From Sphyrna mokarran (Eukaryota): a DNA stretch of 64,000 nucleotides. The notes beneath the pieces were generated by a model that saw only the letters and a program-made list of their open reading frames with translations, had not been told where the DNA came from and made no database searches. The stretch lies in the NCBI GenBank assembly GCA_024679065.1, contig JAGIQG010000006.1, positions 39,618,001 to 39,682,000 on the forward strand, in the 5' to 3' direction. Below, piece by piece: positions 49,489 through 60,801 of this stretch. The position numbers and the translations under genes are program-made. Numbering within the stretch: position 1 is the stretch's first letter; each line of letters opens with the position of its first letter.

Positions 49489-50214
49489 ATGAAATCTTAA
49501 GGCTTTATTCTCCTAGTGAACAACTGACTTCATATTTTATCTACTTCAAAAAAAACATTACAGCCCCCTAATCAGACTGGCCTGTAATTATTACAATGAC
49601 TTTAATCTGTATGAATGCACAAAAGTCAAGCAATTTAAAGTTCCTTGCCCTCGCTCTTGCCTCTCCTAACCTCTCCCATTCATACCAGAAGTATTGACAA
49701 GTGGTTTGCATTTTCTTAACATCAGATCAGTTTAATTGTTTTAAACAGTATGCAGAATGTTGAAACTTATTATTGGCAGGTGGATTTAAACAATTTTAGT
49801 TGCATAGCTTAGATTCCACTTGAAGTACATTGAAGTGGTTTAGCCAGATGTGGCTCACAAAATACATCAGAAGCAAAGTAGTAACCCTCAGGTGAAACAT
49901 TAATATTGGCTCCTTAGTTGCTCACTGCAGATTTTGTGTACAGAGACTAAATATAATACCTTCAGAGTTGATTATAAAATAAAATCAATATCACAAAATA
50001 GAGAACGAAAAATGGGATGGATGGAACAAAATCAATAACTTGCCACTTATGGAAATGCAGGCACTGCTTTGTCACAGACTCCATAAGTTTGTTTCTTGAA
50101 ACTAAGGCTTTCAACAAAGAAAAAGTCATAAGGAATGACTCCCTGCTTTCATTGGAAAAAAAGAAAAACTTTTATTTACAAAGTGTACTTCACAATCTCA
50201 TGATGTCCCATTCA

Positions 50215-50961
50215 CTTTATTTGATTTATTATTGTCACATGTATTAATATACAGTGAAAACTATTATTTCTTGCGTGCTATATAGATAAAGCATACCGTT
50301 CATAGAGAAGGAAACAAGAGAGTGCAGAATGCAGATTACAGTCATAGCTAGGGAAAGATCAACTTAATGCACAGTAAGTCCATTCACAAGTCTGACAGCA
50401 GCAGGGAAGAAACAGTTCTTAAATTGGTTGGTATGTGACCTTAGACTCTTGTATCTTTTTCCTTACGGGAAGAAGATGGAAAAGAAAATGTCCAGGGTGC
50501 GTGGGGTCTTAATTATGCTGGCTGCTTTGCCAAGGAAGTAGGAAGTGTCAATATAGTCTATGGATGAGAGGCTGGATTTTCTACATTCACGACCTTTTGT
50601 AGTTCCTTGCAGTATTGAGCAGAGCAGGAGCTGTACAAAGCTGTGATACAACCAGAAAGATTGGTTTCTATGGTGCATCTGTAAAAGTTGGTGAGAGTCA
50701 TAGTTGACATGCCAAATTTCCTTAGTCTTAGACCAGGTTAGGTTGTTGGTGATCTGGACACCTAAAAACTTGAAGCTCTCAATCTTTTCTACTTAGTCCC
50801 CGTTGATACAGACAAGGGCATGTTCTCCTTTACGCTTCCTGAAGTCGATGACAGTCTCCTTCGTTTTGTTGATATTGAGGGAGACGTTATTCTTGCTGCA
50901 CCAATTCATCAGGTTCTCTATCTCATTCCTATACTCTGACTCGTCATTGTTTGAGATCCGA
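50215..50961 (-). mobile_element. Rex1/Babar-like LINE, 5'-truncated
   Basis: Minus strand reads RISNNDESEYRNEIENLMNWCSKNNVSLNINKTKETVIDFRK...FKFLGVQITNNL and RLRKFGMSTMTLTNFYRCTIE; (aaata)n-type tail. Confidence 0.8.
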
Positions 50962-51261
50962 CACTTTTTCAATTATATTCATCGTTGTAATATAAATATT
51001 GTTAGCATAAGGACAGAAAATGCTACAGTATCAATGACATTAATGATTTTATGGTAATATCCCTATCGGCCATTTGTTGATTCACACTTTCTCCACCTGT
51101 TCAGTTATTTTATCAGTTAGAAACTTCAACCAAGCAAGTCCAAGGATGACATAAAATATGCATATAAGCATATTTGACACAGGAGATGTGACATATTGAC
51201 TCTGATGGAGAAAATAACACCAGATAAAGAGAGACATATATTTATTTGAAGTTTTTCATGA

Positions 51262-51615
51262 TCACAGGACAAGACAAAGCATTTTGCAGCCAGTTATGTA
51301 CCTTGGAAGTATATTCACCATTGTCATGTAGGAAATGTGACAGCCAGTTTATGCACAAGTAATCTCTTCTAAATAGCAGTATGATAATGACTAGATAATC
51401 TTTTCTCATGATGTTGATTGAGGGTTAAATGTCATCTGGTATTTTGGTGATAAATCCCCTTCTTCTTCAAAATAGTGCCATGGGGTGTTTTACATCTACC
51501 TGAGGGAGCAGACAGGGTTTCAATTTAACCTCTCACTTTAAAGGAGGCTCTTTTAACAGTGAGGCACCCACTCAGTATTACACTGGAATGTCAGGTTTGA
51601 TTTTTCTGCTCAACA
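51262..51615 (-). mobile_element. Deu-domain SINE (SacSINE1/AmnSINE1-like)
   Basis: cttcttcaaaatagtgccatgggg.gttttacatctacctgag and neighbouring sequence match the reverse complement of the recalled Deu-domain SINE core. Confidence 0.75.
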
Positions 51616-52287
51616 TGCAGTGTTTGTAAGGACATTGCTCTTTTCCGACTGTAGTTTGAGTTAAAAATAAATTTAAAATGCTCAAGGAGTGCAGCCTCTG
51701 AAGTTACGACATCACAATCAGACAGTTATAAGATTCTGTGATTAATTAATGCAGTTCAAACTAGAATGATTGTATTTCTGGCAAACTGTTAAAAAATATT
51801 TGCATTTATACAGTTACAAGAAAATGACTTAACCAAGGAACTTCGCTAATGTCATAAACCGAGCTCAAATGATTTATGAATGTTGGAACTCCAAAAATGA
51901 GTTGGCATTGGTGTTTCCTGGCATCTACTTCATATATTTATTCTTTCACAGGATGTCACTAGCTTGGCCAGCATTTATTGCCCATCCCAATTGTCCTTGA
52001 AAAGGTGGTGGTGAGACACCTTCTTGAACTGCTGCAGTCCGTGTGGATTAGGTATATGTTTAGCTGTCACATTCAAAGACAAAGGATGTTACTTCTATTC
52101 TGATACTGAACTTGATTGTCTGCTATATTAATGTTTTTCCCTCTAGACCAGTTCTTGTTCAATTTTACATATTGTAGAGAAATTTCAACTGTTACAAAGT
52201 TCAAAAATTAAAGATTTCAGCATCTAATTCATGGTTGGCAAATTTTGCATGATACTGCACCATCTGATGTGCCATTCTTCAGAATGT

Positions 52288-52532
52288 TATTATGACACTG
52301 TTTAAAGAAGAGCACAGGACTTCTCCTATGTCCAAGCCGATGTTTATTTCCAAAGCAGCATCACTCAAACCAGATTACCCAATCATTACCTTATTGCTGT
52401 TTGTGAAATTTGACATTGCACAAATTAGCTACCAAGTTTCCTAAATTAGAACAATGACTTCAAATGTACTTCATTGGCTGTAAAAAGTTATGACACTTTG
52501 GAATGTCATAACTAGAGCTGCTTTATAAATTG
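52288..52532 (+). mobile_element. Deu-domain SINE fragment, inverted relative to 51262-51615
   Basis: gacactgtttaaagaagagca...cagattacccaatcattaccttattgctgtttgtg...gtacttcattggctgtaa. Confidence 0.7.
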
Positions 52533-53106
52533 TTATTTTTAAATAAGCAAGTATTACCATGAAAAAGTATTCGGCATTCATCAGATCAGTTATTCACATT
52601 GGTTAAAAGGATATTCTTCTTGGACAACTTTTTCTTCCCATCTTGGAGCAATTCATTCTTAGTAAAGTGCAGCTTCACGAGCACAGATGGTTTCTGGTCC
52701 AGACTCAAATGGCCATTTATCATACGCATGCTTAGATAGTGAGCATTGATAGGCTATTGAACTGTAAGGATAATCATAGATCAGCTTGATCCTGACACTC
52801 ACTTTACACACTTTCTTGCAGAGGTCACTGGATAATAATCAGGAGAGGGACCATTGCTAATTTCTCCCTCTTGCCCAGCACAGAGGTACTAAGACCAGTA
52901 GTAGCATCTGGCTGTGTAGATTTATATGTATAGTGCCAGTCTATTAGGAAAAAAACAGTGCTGTGAAGCACAGATTAGCTGATTTTATTTTAGACACGGC
53001 TATAAACACAAAGAAGTTCATGGTTCTACTTAATTAGCAGATTATATCTAACACATTTCAGATGAGTATTGTGCATTCTAAATTCCTGACGACTGTTGTC
53101 TTGCAG

Positions 53107-53161
53107 GGACCCCCTGGTGGTGGAGGGCCTCCAGGAACTCCCATCATGCCTAGCCCAGGAG
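53107..53161 (+). CDS. SSBP2: SSBP2 coding exon I (GPPGGGGPPGTPIMPSPG-D), 55 nt, phase 0-1
   Basis: Acceptor gtcttgcag| and donor GAG|gtaaaa. Conserved SSDP-family motif GPPGTPIMPSP. Confidence 0.95.
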
Positions 53162-54577
53162 GTAAAAAGAGTTGCCTTGTGTGCTTCTGTTTCATTTGTC
53201 ATTCTAGAATATTGCAGAATTTGATGAGTCATTAATATGCATTTGTTGCTGCTGTAAGGAATTTAATTGCAAACATAGATTTAAAAGTGTTTTGGGTTTT
53301 ATATATCTGAGTTATTAGATTACTTGGTTACAAGAAATCAATGGGAAGTAAACATACATCATTAGCCTTATTTTTAAAAGTTGCAGTATTGCAATATGTT
53401 CTAAACCCTTTTGAAGTAAACTAGAGCCAATAAGAAGTAAATTATCATTTTTGTTTGAAATTTTAGGGTTAATTTTGGGCTCAAGTATTCTTAACAAGGC
53501 ACACTAGTTGAAGAACCAGGGCAGCCAAGTTTTAGCTCCCATGTCTGACCAATACTTGCTGCTGACTCCCTCAGCTTCCCTTCTGTGAGACTCTCCCAAA
53601 GCCTCTCATGACAATGTAACTGGTTGTAGGCAACTGTTCTTTAACGTCAAACCTCCGCACCTTCCCACTTGTCAGCCATCTATTACTTTGCACAAGTTTT
53701 GGTAAAGAGACAGACCTACAGCATGCTGGGAAACCTTGGTTATTCAAATCATACAGGTGACACACAACAGAGACTGTGGAAAGAATTATCGCTAAGGGAC
53801 ATGTCACCCTCCAAACAAGTCACCTCGCCCAACTCTATTATACATATCCTCTCTTGTTTCACTTAGTGAATTCATTACCCACAAGGCTCAATAGCAAAGT
53901 CCTTTAATGCAACTACTTCGCAAAAATAAATTTATATGCCTTTAGGGAGAGCCACACTGGCAAAGACTTTCATTAGGTTTTATAAGTAATCTTTCTATTG
54001 CTTAACTGATTTAAAAGCAAATATGAAAAAGCATATAGCACACCGGAAACTCATTTAAGTAAAACAAACTTAATTACACAAGGGGCAGAATTTTACAGAT
54101 CCCTGTGGCCTTCCCATCACCCTCCCACCAACAACCTATTGCAATTTTACAGGGAGCAGGTGAGCCCTTGGTTGCACATGCACTCAAGCTCTAATTGCAG
54201 TCTTTAAATAGCCAGTGAATGGCCACTTAAAAGGTGCTTCCCACCCTGGCCTCAATTTTCTTCTTGGTAGGTAAAGCTCAGAGATGGGGCAAAAGCCCAG
54301 CAGGGTACCCTGCTCAGGAAGCAAAGGAGTGAGGGCATCTCCATTATTTTCTAGAATGAACATCACTCCCCCCAACATCTGGGCCGTCTGATGATCCCTT
54401 TCCTCTACCATTTAAATCGTAACACCCCCCACCCTTCCGCCACCCACTAAGCTTATTGTGTATCCGCCTCTATTCCTCTCCTCTCCATCCTTCCTCTGCA
54501 GACTGTAAACTGGCCATTGGGCAATCCTGATTGTGAGAGTGATGCATTCTCCACTGACTTCAGTGTTGGAGAACTTA

Positions 54578-55170
54578 CAATAAGACGTTAAGACACAGGA
54601 ACAGATGTAGACTATTTGGCCCATTGAGTCTGCTCCATTCTTCAATGAGATCACGATTGACCTGATGTGGTAATCCTCAACCACTTTCTTGCCTTATCCC
54701 CATAACCTTCGATTCCTTTAATGATTAAAAATCTGTCCATTTCAGCCTTAAACATAATGAGCCATTCTTTACAGCCCTATGTAGTGAAGAATTCCACAGA
54801 TTCACTACCTTCTGAGAAGCATTTCATCCTCATCTCTTAAATTGGCAAGCCCTTACTCTAAGATTATGCCTTCTGGTCATAGACTCCCCCACAATGGAAA
54901 AAAAACCTCTCCGCATCTGCCCTGTCAAACCCCACTGAAAATCCTATATGTGTCAATAAGGTTACCTCTCATTCTTCTAAACTCCCAATAAGTACAATCT
55001 CAACCTACTCAACTTGTCCCTCATAAGAAAATCCATCCATATCTGCGATCAATCATGAATCTTGTTTGAACTGCCACCAGTGCCAGTCTATCTTCCCTTA
55101 GACAAGGGGATCAAATCTGTTCATAGTATTCCATGTGTGGCCTAAGTAGTGCGTTGTATAGTTTTAGAAA
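54578..55170 (-). mobile_element. CR1 LINE 3' fragment
   Basis: Reverse-complement tail ataagac...ggcccattgagtctgctccattc and the gaattccacagattcactac motif, as in the copy at 22953. Confidence 0.82.
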
Positions 55171-56699
55171 AATTCTGTCTACTGTTATAATAAAGGCTTA
55201 AAATTAAAAATAACATAATAGAAATACACGGTGCATTCATTATCATGTGAAAAGAGGAAAGATAGATGAACATTTTGAGTGCAATCTCTCAAACACCCCT
55301 TATAGACTGAATTAAATGAAGGAAAGGGAATCAGTGAAGAACTACATTTACACTAACTACTAATACAAAGAAACAATTATTAGTTTAATAATTACTTAGC
55401 AGCTGCTTTGTTTCTACAATTAATAAATTACTACGGTAACAAAAAACTTATTTTGTATTGACAATAGCATTGTACTTGTGTCACCAGTCCTCAAGGCAAA
55501 GGCGTCGTGCAGTCTGGGGTACTCTTAATGTAAATCTGCCACATCATACCTGTTGCATCATTTTAATTTTGGATTTATTTTTGTAAGATTTGCCAGATTC
55601 CTGAGGGCATGTCCTGGGACTCGCATGCATCCTCCCATGCCCCCATGTCACCTGATTAAACTTGAGGCCGATGTTCATGATCCTTGATTGAAAGACTTTG
55701 GATTTTGACACTGCCTTAATGGCTCTAGTCAAGATAGTCAGTGTTAATGAAATAGCATTCAATATGCAGGCAACCCTGTGGTGTTCTTTGTCTATACTTG
55801 GAAGTGTTTCGAAGAAAGTCCATCTGCTACTGATGAAGCTTGGCAAGTGATCCAGGTTTTTCCAAATTCCTTTAATGAAGGCTGGACTTGAATCAAATTT
55901 GTATGGTGTGAGTGGGAACACCTCTGTTTAATCTGCTCAAAAACATTTTCTAATTGTCAGTGATAGTTACAGTGCCTGTTGTGTTTTTCCCACCCATTGC
56001 TTTCCATTTTTCTCATTGATGAAATCCATGAGGTTTGCTAGGGGGAGGTCAATTTCCCCTTTCCTAACATAATGAAATAACCAGCCTCTACTTACTGTCT
56101 TCATGCAGACTTGATTGCGGTTGCATTTGGCATGGAGGATCTTAAACCTGACCTTACTCTACATCCTGAATATTTGTGTTTCAGTGTTTTGCACTGCTAA
56201 GTGTGCATTGTACTGATAAGTACTAAATACTCATAGAATTTGAATTAGTATACAAAGAAGAATCAATCAAAAAAGTTTGTGCATTGATGACACTGAGTAC
56301 ATCTGTAATTCCAGGATTTTGGTTTTTGCACTGCCTCTGAATCAAACCATTAAAGTTATAGGTTCAAATTTTCCAGCTCTTCTTGCCAGTAGGATCTTCC
56401 AGATCACGTCGATGGCAACCCCACTCCCAACACCATACCCAGTGAAGACTGCGAACAATACATTGACAGGCTTCCACCACCACCCCAAAACACAACATGG
56501 AGGAACGTAGAAACTCCCACCCATAGAACACATTTCAATAACACATTGAAAGATGTGCTTAAATTATATGATAGTTTGACAGCTTGTGAAATAAATAAGT
56601 TGAGATTTTGATGGATTTAAAGAAGTATGTCAATTTATATTGAGTACTTTTACTTTGATGTCTCTGCTATTAATTTTAATCTATCCATAAAAATGCCCT

Positions 56700-57330
56700 G
56701 CATCTAAGAATTGAAAGGAAGACTGATTTAATGATGCAAAATAACAATGGAATTTAAAGAAATAACACAAGTAGAATCTTATCTGAGTAGCCTAATGACA
56801 TCAGATGGAAAAAAATGATCAAAGCATGAAGAAGACTTCCAAAAGGGGCGTTCACACAAATGTCAGACCTCTTTATAAATAAGAACAATGCAATAAAAAG
56901 TGGAATGATATGACTAAAATGTTACATCTGGTCAACATTACTATGTCGCTGTGAATGATGGAATATAAGCCAGATAATGGAAGATAAATAAAAGACAACA
57001 GACTTTCTGTCAACCTACTTACTGAAAGATATGACATGGATTAGTTGAACAACACACAACTAGTGAGAAAGTTTTGACGAAAGCAGGCACAAGAATGATT
57101 TTTGCAAATGATCACATAGAAGCAGCTACAAATTTTTGGGCACGTACTTAGGAGAGAGAAAGTAAAATATCTGGTAGTGATAGTAAAATTAAGGACAGCC
57201 ATACAGAGAGAAACAAAGAAGAAAATACAGCTTAAGAAGTAGAAAAGGACAGAAGATTTGAAACAACACCAAGACATTAGCTGCCATCAGGGATTATTAA
57301 AGTTGGAAACTTCTGAGCACTGATATTCTG
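56700..57330 (+). mobile_element. Decayed RTE-type LINE C-terminal fragment
   Basis: KCYIWSTLLCRCE*WNI at about 56915 and KQLQIFGHVLRREKVKYLVV at about 57120 match the RTE ORF end (...STLLYGCExW; RQLxFFGHVMRRxxLE). Confidence 0.7.
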
Positions 57331-57824
57331 AAACATGTCATCTCAAGTAGACTTAATGACTGAATGTTTGGGTTCTGCCAAGGTTGGGAACAAAAGTGAA
57401 GGAACTTAAAAATACTGGCAACAGCTCGTGTGCTGTTTTACTAACCCCATTTTGTGTGCCTGCCATTTTTTTGCTGAGCCAGCAGTGCTATCTGTCTCCA
57501 TGAGCCAGGAGGCTAACTAGACTCATTAAGAGCTTTGTTCAGCAAACTTAAAGGAGGCCAGCTGTGATTTTCAACTCCAGTTGCCTGATGATGTGGTGAA
57601 GTTGCACTGTCTCTAGGGGTGCATTTGATGACAGATCAGGGTGCCAGCACTCAAGGCAGGCCTAAGGCCCCCACCTCCCCCCTGCTTGCCTGTGTGTAAT
57701 GCACCCAATGGCTGCCCTGCCACCCACTACTTCAGTTTCTTAAGTAAACCAAAACATTAGGTTTTTTTTACCCTTTGTCTCAATTTTTGATTTACACAAA
57801 AAAAAAATCCTTGTAAAGAAGCTA

Positions 57825-58124
57825 AATCATAGAATCCCAACAGTGCAGAGAGAAGCCATTCAGCCCATGATGAAAAACCTACTCAGGCCCTATTGCGTCA
57901 CCCCACAAATTTATCCTGCTAATCCCTCTATCTTACGCATACTGAGACATTAAAGGGCAATTTAGCATGGCCAATAAACGTAACCTGCACATCTTTGGAA
58001 TGTGGGAGGGAACCGGACCACCTGGAGGAAACCCATGCATAGGTAGTGATCTAAGCTGGGAATCAAATTCAGGTCACTGGGGCTGTGAGGCAGCAGTGTT
58101 AATCACTGTGCCACTGTGGCACCC
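57825..58124 (-). mobile_element. HE1-like V-SINE (left member of a head-to-head pair)
   Basis: Tail aatcatagaatccc, V-domain tgtgggagggaaccggac and head gcagtgttaatcactgtgccac. Confidence 0.85.
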
Positions 58125-58130
58125 TGCTAT

Positions 58131-58422
58131 GGGTGGTACAATGATTAGCACTGCTGCTTCACAGCTCCAGGAATCTGTGTTCAATTCCCGGCTTGGCTCA
58201 CTGTGTGTGCAGAGTCTGCATGTTCCTGCTGTGTGTAGATGGGTTTCCTCCAAGTGCTTCGATTTCCTCCCAAGTCCAAAGATGTGCAAAAATGGCCCTT
58301 TACTGTCAGGGAGACTAATAGAGTAAATATATGGGGTTATGGGGATAGAACTCGGGTGGGATTGTTGTTGGTGCAGGCGCGATGGATCAAATATTCTCCT
58401 TTTGCACCGTGGGGATTCTGTG
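58131..58422 (+). mobile_element. HE1-like V-SINE (right member of a head-to-head pair)
   Basis: Head gggtggtacaatgattagcactgctgc...gttcaattcccgg, V-domain and tail ggggattctgtga. Confidence 0.85.
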
Positions 58423-58509
58423 AAGCTTTTTATCTCCGCTTGGTATCCTAGCAAGGATGGAAAGAAGTACCTGGAATGGGTTTATTGCTTTTTTCTACTT
58501 TTAGTAAAG

Positions 58510-59060
58510 ACAGCAATTTGTATTTGTATTGCGCCTCTCTAATGCAATAAAATATCCCAAGGCCTTTCATGGGGCTTTATGGAACAAAATTTGACACCCA
58601 CCGACACATGGACCAGAATTTAACTGGCTTGCCTGCTACAGGAATTGGAGCAGGCAAGGGGCAGAGCACGGGAAGGTCTGTTGACCTTGGATGGGATTTA
58701 CTGTTTTGGGATGAGCAAAGCCATAAAATCCTGCCCAAGCAGTTATTAGAGCAAATGACCAAAGCTTGGTCAAAAAGATCAATCTTAAGAAGAGCCTTAT
58801 TGAGAAAAAAGTAACAGAAAAATTTAGGGTGAAAATGTCAGAGCTTTAGGGCCTAGGCAGCTGACAGCACGGCCACCAAGGGTGCACAAGGTTGAAATCG
58901 GAGATGTTCAGGAGGCTGGAATTAGATGAACACAATCATTTCCAAGAGTGTTGGGTTGGAGGAGATTACAATGGTAGAGAGGTCAAGGCCTTGGGAGGAT
59001 GGATAATAGGAGGTCAACCAGAATAGTGAAATTTAGAATTAATAAAGACAATGATGAGGG
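58510..59060 (-). mobile_element. L2-type LINE 3' fragment with a nested MITE (about 58610-58738)
   Basis: Colinear with 26303-26900 once the MITE (ccagaatttaac...aaaatcctgccc) is removed. Confidence 0.7.
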
Positions 59061-59208
59061 CTGTAGCATCTCATGAGCATCTGCTCCTCTCGTTATTCCT
59101 GAGGCAGACAAAAACAGTAGAATTGTATACTACCAGCGTAAACATCCTGTGATATCATCGAAACATTGCAACAAGAGCTTTAACGTTTTGTATTTCTGGT
59201 TATTACAG

Positions 59209-59279
59209 ATTCAACAAACTCCAGTGACAATATGTACACAATGATGAATGCTGTACCCCCAGGGGCCAGCAGGTCTAAC
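59209..59279 (+). CDS. SSBP2: SSBP2 coding exon J (D-STNSSDNMYTMMNAVPPGASRSN), 71 nt, phase 1-0
   Basis: Acceptor ttattacag| and donor AAC|gtaagt. Homologous to [24 protein letters not shown]. Confidence 0.95.
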
Positions 59280-59756
59280 GTAAGTGAAGCAAGAATTAAT
59301 CTTTGGTTTAATTTCAAGTTAATTTTAATACAAATTTTCCAATTCAATATACCACAAAGGTATGAAATGAAAACTTGTACTCAAGATCGTAAACATTAAT
59401 AAAGATTTTTCTCTTCAGATATAAAATAGTTCTCTTCAGATATGCGCTACATTTAACCAGTCAATATCCCATGTGCAAATCACACACAAATAAACTTAAT
59501 GATTCACAATTCAAAGGGAAAGCTCTCATAATTTTATTAGATATTCACCAATATTCAATGAAGATATTGCACAGGATCTTGAGCTCGTATTCACCCTCCT
59601 CGGGAATGGCGGCAGGGCCTCAAGATCGGGCAAAACCCAGAGGACACGACTTCCGATTTTCACTGACAACGTCATCAAGTTCACACCCACTGCCAATATG
59701 AATCTGATTTAAATGCATTGCATAGATGTTGAGACCTCGCTGTATTTTCAAACTGC

Positions 59757-59982
59757 ACGGTAAGAAGTCTCACTGCACCAGCTTAAAGTCCAACAGGTTT
59801 ATTTGGCACTAGCTTTCAGAATCTCAAACTTCTTCATCTGATGAGTGAAGACTTGTGTTTACCAGTGGATACACAAGTCCTCATTCACCTGATGAAGGAG
59901 CCTGAGTCTCTAAAAGCTAGTGCCAAATAAACCTGTTGGACTTTAAGCTGGTGTTGTGAGTCCAATGCCTCCACATCATAGC
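59757..59982 (+). mobile_element. Penelope-derived fold-back insertion with a 12-bp TSD and a decayed hammerhead motif
   Basis: Long inverted arms around the loop ttaccagtggat. TSD ttttcaaactgc (59745-59756) / ttttcaaattgc (59983-59994). Motif CAC-CTGATGA-aggag...ctc-TAAAAGCTA-GTG at 59886-59922. Confidence 0.82.
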
Positions 59983-60578
59983 TTTTCAAATTGCGCCAAC
60001 ATGACGTTACCTTGGCATGCTTTAGAACAGGTTTACCGAGACGAGAGCATGTTGTGGGGACACCCCGAGGGGTAGATTGATGTGTATAGCCTCTGGGGAG
60101 ACGACCAAGGCCAGGCTGTGGCCTTGATACAAGTTGGCACTGCCAGGTTGGCACTATGCATTAGAAATCTAAAACACTAAAAGGTGTCAGCAACCTTTGT
60201 CAATGCTGTGCATGCTGCTATAAAGGCAAAAGAATCCATAGGTGCTGGCATGAATTTGTATAAAAAAAAATTCAGCCTGGTATTCCGCATCCTATAGCTG
60301 GTGAAATTGAGGCTTGCAAGGAGGGCTTTCCTTTGCGCCACTCTGTAGAACCAGTCCACAGGTTAACCCGTGCCAGCTAGAAGGTACAGATAAGTTTCAG
60401 ACCATTGATGACTATTCACATCTGCAAACTCCATGCTGCATAGTAACCACTAATCTCCTTGTAAAAGATAGCAGAACTCAGCACTTTCCCCAATTCTGAT
60501 TTAACTTTGAGAAGGTAAGTTACAATCACAGTCATTCGCAGGTATTGTTTGCCAAGGACCACTGATACACTTGATGAT

Positions 60579-60801
60579 ACAGTAAGAAGTTTCACAATAC
60601 CAGGTTAAAGTCCAACCAGTTTATTTGATAGTAATCCCACAAGCTTTCGGAAGCGGAGTTCCTTCGTCACACCTGATGAAGGAACACCGTTTCCGAAAGC
60701 TTGTGGGATTACTATCAAATAAACTGGTTGGAATTTAATATGGTGTTGTGAGACTTTTTACTGTGTTTACCCCAGTCCAATGCCGGCACCTCTACGTCAT
60801 G
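60579..60801 (+). mobile_element. Penelope-derived fold-back insertion with a 9-bp TSD
   Basis: Near-perfect palindrome 60579-60764 plus a unique 3' tail. TSD cttgatgat (60570-60578) / cttgattat (60802-60810). Confidence 0.85.
60670..60705 (+). ncRNA. Minimal type I hammerhead ribozyme motif (Penelope-associated)
   Basis: CAC (stem I) CTGATGA A GGAA-caccgt-TTCC (stem II) GAA AGCT (palindromic helix III) T GTG (stem I'). All core residues are present; activity is untested. Confidence 0.7.

Noticed and set aside
55480-56160. Minus ORF 55544..55921 with a weak RT-like phrase (IGLKFNQ)
   Set aside because: Too degenerate to assign. It is probably an old retroelement remnant, but I cannot support a family call.
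59409-59443. 14-bp direct repeat ttctcttcagatat with a 7-bp spacer; similar small duplications at about 35540 and 47930, and (GAAT)n at about 33223
   Set aside because: These look like ordinary slippage or repair duplications, with no sign of function.
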